DNA from: an uncultured Clostridia bacterium
GTDB taxonomy: Bacteria > Bacillota > Clostridia > TANB77 > CAG-508
DNA: 52,413 nt
Direction: 5' to 3'
Assembly (NCBI GenBank): GCA_934149115.1
Contig: CAKPDW010000001.1
Coordinates: 1-52,413 of the forward strand
Each line of letters starts with the position of its first letter. The stretch's first letter is position 1. Below are positions 1 through 8,858 of this stretch, in pieces. The notes beneath the pieces are model-generated. The model worked only from the letters and a program-made list of their open reading frames with translations. It did not search any database and was not told where the DNA came from. The position numbers and the translations under genes are program-made.

Positions 1-392
1 AAATTGTGGGTGACATTTATGATGAGTATGACCCTGTTGAGGAAAAATATGAAAAAATAGATGAAAATACTTATATTGTTGATGGACAGATTTCTATTTA
101 TGATTTTGAGAAATTAATTGGCATAAAAAATATTGAAACAGAGTGTGATACTTTATCAGGTTACTTAATGGAATTATTGGATAGAGTTCCGACAGAAGAA
201 GAAAATCCTATAATAGAAACTGATAAGCTTGTTTTTAAGATTCAGGAATTTGATGAAAGAAGAATTGCAAAAGTCAAAGTTTGTAAAATAAATAATTCTA
301 AGAAAACGAAACCAAAAGAGGAAGAAAAAAAAGAGAAGAAAAAATCGACAAAAAATGACAAAAAAGAAGTTGACATAAAGAATAAAGAGTAG
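1..392 (+). CDS. 3' fragment of a CorC/HlyC-type (TlyC/CNNM family) transporter-associated-domain protein; the 5' end lies outside the window
   Basis: The translation YIVDGQISIYDFEKLIGI...TLSGYLMELLDRVPTEEE...FKIQEFDERRIAKVKV matches the C-terminal CorC_HlyC domain pattern. It ends in a Lys/Glu-rich tail. The ORF runs open to the window edge. Confidence 0.7.
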   Translation, partial: IVGDIYDEYDPVEEKYEKIDENTYIVDGQISIYDFEKLIGIKNIETECDTLSGYLMELLDRVPTEEENPIIETDKLVFKIQEFDERRIAKVKVCKINNSKKTKPKEEEKKEKKKSTKNDKKEVDIKNKE

Positions 393-398
393 TATAAT
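370..398 (+). promoter_or_regulatory. Consensus sigma-A type promoter for the M-box/mgtE transcript
   Basis: TTGACA at 370-375, a 17-nt spacer, and TATAAT at 393-398. It lies in the last codons of the upstream ORF, about 20 nt before the riboswitch. Confidence 0.6.
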
Positions 399-414
399 AA
401 TTTTATTGTGAATA

Positions 415-568
415 GATACATGGTAGGTGAGGCCAGTATAGGGATACGGGTTACTGCCGCAAACTAGTGGAGACACTACGCGCAGGTTAACAGAGAATGT
501 CGAATCAAGGCATGCTTTAATGTAATTTCATTGCCCTATAACGCTGAAGCTTGTACGGTATATGGATA
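415..568 (+). promoter_or_regulatory. M-box (ykoK leader) Mg2+ riboswitch
   Basis: GGTAGGTGAGGCC...GGGATACG...CTGCCGCAAA...GACACTACG...GGTTAACAG...TCGAATCAAGG...TAATG...GCCCTATAACGCTGAAGCTTGTACGG follows the conserved blocks of the B. subtilis mgtE M-box (GTTAGGTGAGGCT...ATACG...CTGCCC...GGGTCAACAG...TCGACATAAGG...TAATG...TGCTAAAGCTCTACG). It sits directly upstream of mgtE. Confidence 0.85.
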
Positions 569-596
569 ATAATTTGAATTAATTGAATATTAATTT

Positions 597-636
597 AGAG
601 TCTTATTACTGTGCAAAAGTAAAAGACTCTTTTTTT
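597..636 (+). terminator. Intrinsic terminator serving as the M-box expression platform
   Basis: AGAGTCTTATTACT (597-610) pairs with AGTAAAAGACTCT (618-630) with a one-nt bulge. A T6 run follows at 631-636. Confidence 0.8.
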
Positions 637-702
637 GTATTATATGAAATTGAAATTCTTATAATATAAAAATTAAAATAATGTATGGAAGGAGATAATA
701 AA

Positions 703-2034
703 ATGGTAAAAGAATTACAAAAATTATTAGAAGAAAAAAAGTATGCAGAAATTCATAAATTATTAGGAAGTGTTAATAGTGCTGATATCCCGAGTATTTT
801 TGACGAATTAGAAGATGAACAGATTGTAGTGGTTTACCGTTTATTATCGAAGGACACTGCAGCTGAAGCTTTTGTTGAATTGGATCATGACATGCAAGAA
901 AAATTGATAAATGGATTAACTGATAGTGAGTTAAAAAATGTATTAGATGATATTTTTATGGATGATACTGTTGATTTGATTGAAGAAATGCCTGCAAATG
1001 TTGTAAAACGTATATTAAAGACTCAAAATTCAGAAGATAGAAAGTTGATAAATGAACTTTTGAGATATCCAGAGGATAGTGCTGGAAGTATTATGACAAC
1101 TGAGTTTGTGGATTTGAAAGAAAATATGTCTACAAAAGATGCTATGGAAAAAATAAAAAAAGTTGGAGATGATGTTGAAAGTATATATGTATGTTATGTA
1201 CTTACTTTAACTAGAAAATTAATAGGAATTGTTTCTTTAAAAGATTTGATTATGGCTGATGAAAATTCCTTAGTAAAAGATATTATGGATACTAATTTTA
1301 TTAAGGTTTCTACATTGGAAGAACAAGAGGATGTTGCTAAAAAGTTTGATAAATATGATGAGATTTCTTTACCAGTTGTAGATAATGAAAATAGATTAGT
1401 TGGTATTGTAACAGTTGATGATGCTATGGATGTTATGCATGAAGAAATGGATGAAGATTTTGAAAAAATGGCTGCTATTACACCTAGTGATGATACATAT
1501 TTTAAAACTAGTGTATTTAAACATGCAAGAAATAGAATTTTTTGGTTGCTTATTTTGATGATTTCGTCTACAATTACAGGAGGGGTTATTACTCAATATG
1601 AAAATGCATTTGCTGCACTTCCTTTATTGGTAGCATTTTTACCAATGGTAATGGGAACAGGTGGAAATTGTGGTTCACAGAGTTCTACTTTAATTATTAG
1701 AGGTTTAGCAAATGACGAAATAAAATTAAAAGATTTTTTAAAAGCTTGGTGGAAAGAAGTTAGAGTTGCTGTTTTGGTTGGTATGGCATTATTTATAGCT
1801 AATTCAATAAGAATATTAGCTCAATACAAAGATATTAAGTTAGCAATTATTGTAGGCTGTACATTAATGGGAACGGTTACAATTGCAAAGTCTTTAGGAT
1901 GTTTATTACCAATGGTAGCAAAAAAATTAAAAATGGATCCAGCTATTATGGCTGCACCGTTGATAAGTACTATATTAGATACATGTTCAGTATTTATTTA
2001 TTTTAATATTGCTACTTTAGTTATGGGATTATAA
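703..2034 (+). CDS. mgtE: Magnesium transporter MgtE
   Basis: N-domain, CBS pair and TM domain are present, with the PMVMGTGGNCGSQSST motif. The gene lies downstream of the M-box. ATG 703 is preferred over ATG 685 because GGAAGGAG lies 8 nt upstream of it. Confidence 0.93.
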   Translation: MVKELQKLLEEKKYAEIHKLLGSVNSADIPSIFDELEDEQIVVVYRLLSKDTAAEAFVELDHDMQEKLINGLTDSELKNVLDDIFMDDTVDLIEEMPANVVKRILKTQNSEDRKLINELLRYPEDSAGSIMTTEFVDLKENMSTKDAMEKIKKVGDDVESIYVCYVLTLTRKLIGIVSLKDLIMADENSLVKDIMDTNFIKVSTLEEQEDVAKKFDKYDEISLPVVDNENRLVGIVTVDDAMDVMHEEMDEDFEKMAAITPSDDTYFKTSVFKHARNRIFWLLILMISSTITGGVITQYENAFAALPLLVAFLPMVMGTGGNCGSQSSTLIIRGLANDEIKLKDFLKAWWKEVRVAVLVGMALFIANSIRILAQYKDIKLAIIVGCTLMGTVTIAKSLGCLLPMVAKKLKMDPAIMAAPLISTILDTCSVFIYFNIATLVMGL

Positions 2035-2057
2035 ATAAAGAATAAAAGGAGTAAGAG

Positions 2058-2540
2058 ATGAAGTTTTTTAAAGAGTTTAAAGAATTTGCTATGAAGGGAA
2101 ATGCTTTTGATATGGCAATTGGTTTAGTAATTGGAGGTGCTTTTCAATCAATTATTAAATCATTAGTTGAGGACATAATTATGCCATTTACAGCACTTTT
2201 TACAGGAAGTGTAGATTATACTGATTGGGTTATAAATGTTTCTAGTGCACAAATTAGAATCGGATCTTTTATTACAGCTTTGATAAATTTTTTAATTATA
2301 GCATTATCAATTTTTATAGCTTTAAAAATTGTGAATGGAATTAACAAACGTTTGGAAAGAATGAATAAGGAAGTTGAAGGAAAACTAAGTAAGAAATTTA
2401 GAAAAGGTAAGAAAAAGAAAGAAGAAAAGAAGGAACCTGAAACAAAAATATGTCCATATTGTTTATCAGAGATAAAATATAAAGCAACTAGATGTCCTAA
2501 TTGTACATCTGAACTTAAAGAAACTGTTTTAAAAAATTAA
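2058..2540 (+). CDS. mscL: Large-conductance mechanosensitive channel MscL with a C-terminal Lys-rich linker and zinc-ribbon extension
   Basis: The N-terminus FKEFKEFAMKGNAFDMAIGLVIGGAF matches the MscL signature, and two TM segments follow. The extra tail reads CPYC-x13-CPNC. An AAAGGAG SD is present. Confidence 0.85.
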   Translation: MKFFKEFKEFAMKGNAFDMAIGLVIGGAFQSIIKSLVEDIIMPFTALFTGSVDYTDWVINVSSAQIRIGSFITALINFLIIALSIFIALKIVNGINKRLERMNKEVEGKLSKKFRKGKKKKEEKKEPETKICPYCLSEIKYKATRCPNCTSELKETVLKN

Positions 2541-2557
2541 TAACATATAGAATATTG

Positions 2558-2596
2558 GAGAAATATACCATTTTGGAGGTATGTTTCTTTTTTTTG
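2558..2596 (+). terminator. Intrinsic terminator after mscL
   Basis: GAGAAATATACC pairs with GGTATGTTTCT (one mismatch), followed by a T-run at 2587-2595. Confidence 0.6.
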
Positions 2597-2625
2597 TGTA
2601 AATAATATATTTGAGGTGTATGTAC

Positions 2626-4839
2626 ATGGAATATAAATTAACTGAGGCTGCAAAAAATGTTTGGAATATTTCAGAAGAATTTGCTAAGCAAATGGGTCAT
2701 TCTTATTTAGGAACTGAGCATATATTATATGGACTAATAAAAAATGAGCTTGGTGTTGTTGCAAGTATTTTTAAAGAAAATAAAATTAATGTTGAATATG
2801 TTTATAAAATGATTGAGGAGATTATAGGGAAGAATAAGAGCATTGATAAATTGCTTGGAACGACACCTAGACTTAGGTATACTATGGAGTGTGCTTATTT
2901 AGAATCTAAAAAAATTGGTTCAGAATATATTGGAACAGAGCAAATGATGGTATCATTGTTTTCAGATAAAGAGTCGCTTGGTTGTAAGATTGCTGTTGAT
3001 TCTGGTATAGATGTTAATTTAATGATTAAACAGTTGTACAAAAAGATTTACAGTGATTCTGATGAAAAGAAAAATAATACGAAAATGATTGAATTGACTA
3101 AGTATGGGATTGATTTGACAGAAATGGCTTTGCAGGGTGAATTTGATGGTGCATATGGACGTGAAAAAGAGATTTCGAGAATTATTGAAATTTTAGGAAG
3201 ACGTAATAAAAATAATCCATGTTTGATAGGAGAAGCTGGTGTTGGAAAAACAGCTATTATTGAAGAATTAGCTTTAAGAATATGTAAGGGAAATGTAGAT
3301 GATTTCTTGAAAGATAAAAAAATTATTAGTTTAGATTTGACTCAATTATTAGCTGGAAGTAAATATAGAGGAGATTTTGAAGATAGGTTAAAAAAGTGTA
3401 TAAAAGAGATTAGAGATAATAAAAATATTATAGTATTTATTGATGAAGTGCATATGATTGTTGGTGCAGGTGCAGCAGAAGGTGCAATTGATGCAGCTAA
3501 TATATTAAAACCTTTGCTTGCTAGGGGAGAGTTACAATTGATTGGTGCTACCACAATGGAGGAATATAGAAAATATATTGAAAAAGATACTGCTCTTGCC
3601 AGAAGATTTCAATCAGTAATTGTAAGAGAACCTTCTTATGAAGATACTATAAAAATATTAGAACAAACTAAAAGCAATTATGAACAATATCATAATGTAA
3701 GTATTTCTAAGAAGGCTATAGAATCAGCTGTTAGACTTTCTATAAAATATATTCCTGAGAAATATTTGCCTGATAAAGCCATTGATTTACTTGATGAATC
3801 TGCATCTAGAGTTAAAATCAATGGACTAAAAGAGACTGTGGATGAGGCTGATGTCGAAAAGGTAATTACTGAATTGGTGGGTATTCCATTAAAAAATGTA
3901 AATGAATCACAAATGGAAAAATTGAGATGTATAAAGAAAAAAATTAGTGATAGAATTATTGGACAAGATGATGCTGTAGATAGTGTTGTTAGAGTGCTTA
4001 AGAGGGGAAGTTTAAAACTAAAAGATTCTAGTAGACCTATTGGAAGTTTGCTTTTTTTAGGACCTACTGGTGTGGGAAAAACTGAAATGGCAAAAGTTAT
4101 AGCTGAAGAATTTTTTGGAAATCCCAAAAATATAATTAGGTTAGATATGTCTGAATATATGGAACCAAATGCTGTTTCAAAATTGATTGGTGCACCACCT
4201 GGTTATGTTGGTTATAATGATGAAAAGAATCTAGTTAATGAAGTTAGGAAAATGCCATATTGTGTATTGCTTTTTGATGAAATTGAAAAAGCTCATAGTG
4301 ATGTATTAAATGTGTTATTACAGATTATGGAAGATGGAAAACTTACAAATTCTAATGGTGTTGTTGCTAATTTTCAAGAGACTTTGGTAATTCTTACTTC
4401 TAATATTGGAGCAGATATTATGAATAAGAAAAATGGTATTGGATTCAAAAGTGGAGAATATGATTTTAGAAGAAAAGATGTTATTAATGAAATAAAAAGA
4501 TTTTTGAAAATCGAATTGATAAATAGATTAGATGAAATTATTATTTTTAAACATTTGAACGAAAAAAATATTTATGATATTTTGGATAAACAGTTAGATG
4601 AGTTGAAAAAAGTAATGAGAAAAAAGGAAATTATATTTGATGTTTCAGAAAATTTGAAGTGGCATATAGTTAGAAAATGTGATTATTTTCAGTATGGAGC
4701 TAGAACAGTTAGGAGAGAAATAGAGAAAAATATTGAAGATTTTATTGTTGAAAAATTGATTTATAAAGAAATTAATTTTAGAAAAAAGATATTGTTAGAT
4801 TTTGATGAAAGCAATAAAAAGGTTATTATTTCAAAGTAA
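2626..4839 (+). CDS. Clp/Hsp100 two-AAA+ ATPase of the ClpC/ClpA class that lacks the middle (M/UVR) domain
   Basis: Two Clp_N repeats; Walker A GEAGVGKT in D1 and GPTGVGKT in D2; a ClpP-docking IGF loop (NGIGFKSG). Start ATG 2626 lies 7 nt after GAGGTG. Confidence 0.85.
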   Translation: MEYKLTEAAKNVWNISEEFAKQMGHSYLGTEHILYGLIKNELGVVASIFKENKINVEYVYKMIEEIIGKNKSIDKLLGTTPRLRYTMECAYLESKKIGSEYIGTEQMMVSLFSDKESLGCKIAVDSGIDVNLMIKQLYKKIYSDSDEKKNNTKMIELTKYGIDLTEMALQGEFDGAYGREKEISRIIEILGRRNKNNPCLIGEAGVGKTAIIEELALRICKGNVDDFLKDKKIISLDLTQLLAGSKYRGDFEDRLKKCIKEIRDNKNIIVFIDEVHMIVGAGAAEGAIDAANILKPLLARGELQLIGATTMEEYRKYIEKDTALARRFQSVIVREPSYEDTIKILEQTKSNYEQYHNVSISKKAIESAVRLSIKYIPEKYLPDKAIDLLDESASRVKINGLKETVDEADVEKVITELVGIPLKNVNESQMEKLRCIKKKISDRIIGQDDAVDSVVRVLKRGSLKLKDSSRPIGSLLFLGPTGVGKTEMAKVIAEEFFGNPKNIIRLDMSEYMEPNAVSKLIGAPPGYVGYNDEKNLVNEVRKMPYCVLLFDEIEKAHSDVLNVLLQIMEDGKLTNSNGVVANFQETLVILTSNIGADIMNKKNGIGFKSGEYDFRRKDVINEIKRFLKIELINRLDEIIIFKHLNEKNIYDILDKQLDELKKVMRKKEIIFDVSENLKWHIVRKCDYFQYGARTVRREIEKNIEDFIVEKLIYKEINFRKKILLDFDESNKKVIISK

Positions 4840-4873
4840 TAACCTTTTTATTAAAAGTAGAGAATAAATATTT

Positions 4874-6856
4874 TTATTTTGTTCCGTAAATTCTATCTCC
4901 AGCATCACCTAATCCAGGTACTATATATGCGTTTTCATTTAGATGGTCATCAATTTTTGCACAATATATTTGTACATCTGGATGTTTTTCTTGAACTTTT
5001 TTTAGTCCTTCAGGTGCTGCAATTATACATAAGAATTTAATTTTTTCAACGTTTTTTTCTTTTAGTAAATCAATTGCGTCAATTGCACTTCCACCTGTTG
5101 CTAGCATAGGGTCTAGAAGAATGACTTCTTTTTCTTCAATGTTTTTAGGAACTTTGAAAAAGTAGTTTACAGGTTTATGTGTTTTTTCATCTCTATACAT
5201 TCCTATGTGTCCGATTTTTGCATTTGGTATAACTGTTATTACACCATCAAGCATTCCCATGCCTGCTCTTAATATTGGTACAAATGCATATTTATCTTCA
5301 TTTAATTTTTTAGTTTTCATTTTACATATAGGTGTTTCAATTTCTGTATCTTCTAATTTTGCGTCTTCCATTGCTTTATAGCAAAGGAAAGTTCCTATTT
5401 CTTTAGCTAGTTCTCTGAATTCTTTTGTTCCTGTGTTTTTATTTCTTAATATCCCTAATTTATGTTCAATTAAAGGATGTTTTAATTCGATTATTTCTTT
5501 TTTATCATCTTTCATTTCTGATTGCTCCTTTGTTATATTATTTTGTGATTCTGTAATGTTTTCTTCTTTTTCGTTTGGTAATAGTAGATTTAATAGAATA
5601 CCTATTATTGCTGCTAAACTCATTCCTGAGAAGGATAGTGAAAAGTCACCATAATTGAATGATAATATAGCGCCTCCAAGTCCTAGTACTAGCATACTTG
5701 ATGCAAGAATTACATTTTTATTTTTTCCAAAATCAATTTTGTTTTCAATTAAAACTTTTAGACCATTTACAGCTATAAATCCGTAAAGTAAAAGAGATAC
5801 ACCACCAAGTACGCAATCTGGTATTGTACTAACTACTGCTGTAAATTTTCCTAGAAATCCTAGACATATTGCGAAGATTGCTGCAAGTCCGATTACCCAA
5901 ACTGAAGCTATTTTTGTCATACCAACTACTGAAGTATTTTCACCATATGTTGTGTTTGCTGGTCCACCAAGAAGACCTGCTACGAAAGTAGCTATTCCAT
6001 CTCCAAGAAGTGTTTTATCAAGTCCTGGATTTTTTAATAAGTCTTTTCCTATAATTGCACTTAAAGCTGTATGATCACCAATATGTTCAGCTATTGTTAC
6101 TAGAGCTACAGGAGCTATAGTTAATGCTGCTGCTAGTGATGGGGTATAGCTTAAAAATGGTATGTTAAAATGTGGAATACTAAAAAATGAAGCCTTTATG
6201 ATAGGTTGAAAATCAACTAGTCCAAAACATATTGCACTAATATATCCAACAATTATTCCTATTAAAAATGGAATTATTTTTAAAAATCCTTTTCCTCTTA
6301 CCATTATTAATGCTGTTGTTAAAAATGTTATTAATGCTACAATTACACCTTTCCATTCTAATTTTGAATCTGATGCAAGTCCTATTTGACTTATGGCATT
6401 AGGGGCTAAGCCTAATCCTATTATCATTATCATTGGACCAATTACAATAGGTGGTAATAATTTGTGAATCCATTCTTTGCCTATGAATCTTATAATGATT
6501 GAGAATATTATATATATTATACCGACAATCATAATTCCTGTCATTGCTCCAGCGATTCCACCTTTTGTATAACCAATTGCAATTGGAGCAATAAAGGCAA
6601 ATGAACTTCCTAGGTATACAGGAGATTTCGCTTTAGTACATATAATATAGATTAATGTTCCTATTCCTGATGTGACTAATGCAACTGGTATTGTTAATAC
6701 TTCTGCTCCTGCTGTTGAATTTACTAATATTGGAACTAAAATTGTTGCTCCAAACATTGCAAATACATGTTGTAGTGCGAGAATAATCCATTGTGCTATT
6801 TTTGGTTTTTCGTTTACGTCTAAAATTAGTTTGCTGTGATTTGTTGTTTCTTCCAT
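4874..6856 (-). CDS. upp: Single ORF fusing a uracil/xanthine permease (NCS2 family, N-terminal ~430 aa) to uracil phosphoribosyltransferase (C-terminal ~213 aa)
   Basis: The N-terminal part is a multi-TM protein of the uraA/pyrP type. The C-terminal part carries KHPLIEHKL...[10 protein letters not shown]...[12 protein letters not shown]...[17 protein letters not shown], which are canonical Upp motifs. No stop codon lies between the two parts. Confidence 0.85.
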   Translation of the reverse strand: MEETTNHSKLILDVNEKPKIAQWIILALQHVFAMFGATILVPILVNSTAGAEVLTIPVALVTSGIGTLIYIICTKAKSPVYLGSSFAFIAPIAIGYTKGGIAGAMTGIMIVGIIYIIFSIIIRFIGKEWIHKLLPPIVIGPMIMIIGLGLAPNAISQIGLASDSKLEWKGVIVALITFLTTALIMVRGKGFLKIIPFLIGIIVGYISAICFGLVDFQPIIKASFFSIPHFNIPFLSYTPSLAAALTIAPVALVTIAEHIGDHTALSAIIGKDLLKNPGLDKTLLGDGIATFVAGLLGGPANTTYGENTSVVGMTKIASVWVIGLAAIFAICLGFLGKFTAVVSTIPDCVLGGVSLLLYGFIAVNGLKVLIENKIDFGKNKNVILASSMLVLGLGGAILSFNYGDFSLSFSGMSLAAIIGILLNLLLPNEKEENITESQNNITKEQSEMKDDKKEIIELKHPLIEHKLGILRNKNTGTKEFRELAKEIGTFLCYKAMEDAKLEDTEIETPICKMKTKKLNEDKYAFVPILRAGMGMLDGVITVIPNAKIGHIGMYRDEKTHKPVNYFFKVPKNIEEKEVILLDPMLATGGSAIDAIDLLKEKNVEKIKFLCIIAAPEGLKKVQEKHPDVQIYCAKIDDHLNENAYIVPGLGDAGDRIYGTK

Positions 6857-6912
6857 TACAGAATACCTCCTAAATATTATTGTTTTGCTAGATATAGGAC
6901 TGAATCTAGCAT

Positions 6913-6941
6913 AAAAAAAATACTAGAGATAAATCTAGTAT
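6913..6941 (-). terminator. Terminator-like hairpin plus U-run inside the 5' leader of the permease-upp gene; candidate attenuator
   Basis: On the - strand, AUACUAGA-UUUAUC-UCUAGUAU is followed by 7 U (the + strand A-run at 6913-6919). It lies 57-85 nt upstream of the start codon, and no upstream - strand gene exists for it to terminate. Confidence 0.5.
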
Positions 6942-7116
6942 TAATTTTGATATTTAATTAATTGGAATGAGAAAATGAAGAAAGTTTTTGCTTTCTTTTT
7001 GCATATTGTATTTAGATATGGATTATTTTTAAAAACTTTCATTTTTGACACCCTTTTTATAATAGTATAAAAATTATTTTTATGCAAGTTTTTTTATGTT
7101 GAAATGTTATACTTGG

Positions 7117-7145
7117 TTGAAATTTTATGTAAAGTATGTTAAAAT
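7117..7145 (+). promoter_or_regulatory. Putative promoter of the Cys-rich two-gene cassette
   Basis: TTGAAA at 7117-7122, a 17-nt spacer, and TAAAAT at 7140-7145 preceded by a TGT extended -10. Confidence 0.5.
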
Positions 7146-7239
7146 ACTCAATGTTACCAATAGATAAAGAGTAATATTATAATGAAATTACTCAAAAATT
7201 AGAACTATTCAAATAAATATTAATAATGGAGGTAGAAAT

Positions 7240-7782
7240 ATGAAGCGGAGATTATTACAGCAATTAAAACCTACAAAATATTTGTGTCCTTTTTGTGGGA
7301 GATGGCATGATTGGATGCCTGTTAACAAATCTGATACTATTTATCTTAATTTCACTTCAAAATGGAGCTTTGAAAGATGGCTTGAAAAGCGAAGGGATTT
7401 AGGTCCTTTATATATGCACAGCTTTAGAGATTGTCACTCTAGTCAGTTTTATGCTTATGAAGATACTTTATATTGTGAATTTACACATTGTCTTAATTAT
7501 TCTAGTGCTGACTTGAGAAGTGAAATAAGAATTGAACTTATTAATATTGATTTTGAAAATGCTAGAATTATTTTCGAAACTAAAATGCCAGTGAGAAAAC
7601 AATGCCAGGAGTGTGTTGAATTTGATGAATGTAATATTCCAAAAATGAATGTAGTGAATGATGAAAGGTTGTTATATATACCTGAAGTGTTAAAAAAACA
7701 TTCAGAAAGTAGATATATTATAATTCCTTTAGCTGTTCAATTTGAGAAGAATGAATTTACAAAATTAGTGAAATCCACATGA
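7240..7782 (+). CDS. Hypothetical Cys-rich protein (paralog A) with an N-terminal CPFCGRWH zinc-ribbon-like motif
   Basis: 180-aa ORF with a GGAGG SD. It carries CPFCGRWHD, DCH...LYCEFTHC and CQECVEFDEC, and is a paralog of the next gene. I recognise no family for it. Confidence 0.7.
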   Translation: MKRRLLQQLKPTKYLCPFCGRWHDWMPVNKSDTIYLNFTSKWSFERWLEKRRDLGPLYMHSFRDCHSSQFYAYEDTLYCEFTHCLNYSSADLRSEIRIELINIDFENARIIFETKMPVRKQCQECVEFDECNIPKMNVVNDERLLYIPEVLKKHSESRYIIIPLAVQFEKNEFTKLVKST

Positions 7783-7808
7783 TTTCTTAAGTATAAGGAG
7801 GAGTTTTT

Positions 7809-8396
7809 ATGGATAAAAAATTTTTAAACAACCGGGTTATGTTTTTTATATGTCCTTTTTGTGGAAGATGGCATGAAGTAGGTGAATATGATTTTTGTTT
7901 TAAAGATACTTCTGTAGATAATCCTTTGAAACCTGTTCCGCCATTTAAAATGATTCGAAACAATGTAGGAGAGTGCAGATGTGTAGAAGAACCTATGTAT
8001 AAAAATTATGAGATGTATGTGCAGGACGATAAATTGTATTATAATATTCAGTTTGAGTGTGAGAAGAATAATATTAGTGTTGATGGAAGTATATCAATAA
8101 AAAATATTTCTTTCTTCCGAAATCTTTATACTTATGGTTGGTTATCATGTCTTCTAAGAGATGAATTTGAGTATTTAATTCCGCAGACTAGCATGACTTA
8201 TTTAAAAGCACATTGGGGCGAAAGTCCAAAGGCATATATGGGAGTATTTGATGTGTATTTTTATCCTAATGTTAGAGTTGGACCATATGATTGTAGAAAT
8301 TGTCACAAACGTGATGAGTGTTGCTTATTAAAGTTTGACAGAGAGCCTAATTGTCAGCTTTTAAGAATGACTTTAGGTTTTATATTTTTTGAATAG
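7809..8396 (+). CDS. Hypothetical Cys-rich protein (paralog B) with an N-terminal CPFCGRWH zinc-ribbon-like motif
   Basis: 195-aa ORF with a strong AAGGAGGA SD. It carries CPFCGRWHE, ECRC...LYYNIQFEC and CRNCHKRDECC, colinear with the Cys pattern of 7240..7782. Confidence 0.7.
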   Translation: MDKKFLNNRVMFFICPFCGRWHEVGEYDFCFKDTSVDNPLKPVPPFKMIRNNVGECRCVEEPMYKNYEMYVQDDKLYYNIQFECEKNNISVDGSISIKNISFFRNLYTYGWLSCLLRDEFEYLIPQTSMTYLKAHWGESPKAYMGVFDVYFYPNVRVGPYDCRNCHKRDECCLLKFDREPNCQLLRMTLGFIFFE

Positions 8397-8407
8397 TTGT
8401 AGTAAAA

Positions 8408-8437
8408 ATGTCCTCAGAAAATCTGGGGATATTTTTT
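8408..8437 (+). terminator. Intrinsic terminator closing the Cys-rich cassette
   Basis: ATGTCCTCAG pairs with CTGGGGATAT (10 bp, including two G-U pairs), with loop AAAAT and a following T5 run. Confidence 0.6.
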
Positions 8438-8450
8438 CGCATATTTATTC

Positions 8451-8479
8451 TTGATATCTTTTTTTTGTTATGTTATAAT
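8451..8479 (+). promoter_or_regulatory. Putative promoter for the small membrane protein gene
   Basis: TTGATA at 8451-8456, a 17-nt spacer, and TATAAT at 8474-8479 with a TGT extended -10. Confidence 0.55.
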
Positions 8480-8509
8480 TTTTTTAGATTTGTACAAAGG
8501 AGTAAAAGT

Positions 8510-8845
8510 ATGACAGGGTTTCTTGTGATAATTTTTATGCTTCTTATTATAATTGTTATGTTGATAGGGCTTGCTGTTGCTCAGATCAAGATGGCAGGAA
8601 TGAATGTTAAGGATTTTTGGACTTTTATTAAGGCTAATGAGACTTTAAATAAATTGTATGCGTTCTCTAAGAAGTATGAAAAGTTAACTACGAATGAACA
8701 ATTAGTTTTTTTACGTGAAGCGGAAAGAGTTTTTGATGCTTTTGATAAAGTTCCAAATGTTTTATGGGAAGAAGATTATCAAAAATACATGGAGGTTTTG
8801 TCTACATATAAAGATATTAAGTTAGTAAGATGGGAATCACAGTAA
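8510..8845 (+). CDS. Hypothetical small protein with one N-terminal TM helix
   Basis: ATG 8510 follows AAAGGAG. The upstream part of track ORF 8408.. covers a terminator and a promoter, so it is unlikely to be coding. The translation MTGFLVIIFMLLIIIVMLIGLAV forms a TM helix. Confidence 0.6.
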   Translation: MTGFLVIIFMLLIIIVMLIGLAVAQIKMAGMNVKDFWTFIKANETLNKLYAFSKKYEKLTTNEQLVFLREAERVFDAFDKVPNVLWEEDYQKYMEVLSTYKDIKLVRWESQ

Positions 8846-8858
8846 TGTGATTCTTTTT
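8834..8858 (+). terminator. Intrinsic terminator
   Basis: GAATCACA-GTAA-TGTGATTC followed by TTTTT. It overlaps the stop codon. Confidence 0.65.

Noticed and set aside
3342-4127. Antisense ORFs inside the Clp ATPase gene (3342-3554, 3690-4127), and likewise inside polC, priA, xseA, fhs, the U32 peptidase gene and the surface-protein genes
   Set aside because: They are embedded in strongly supported genes on the opposite strand and have no SD and no recognisable motifs. They are typical shadow ORFs.
6857-7239. PyrR binding site in the permease-upp leader
   Set aside because: I searched both hairpin loops and the rest of the leader for the UCCAGAGAGG-type core and found none. Only a generic attenuator-like terminator can be supported.
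8408-8509. Upstream part of track ORF 8408..8845
   Set aside because: This stretch contains a terminator hairpin with a T-run and a TTGATA-17-TATAAT promoter. The AAAGGAG SD precedes ATG 8510.
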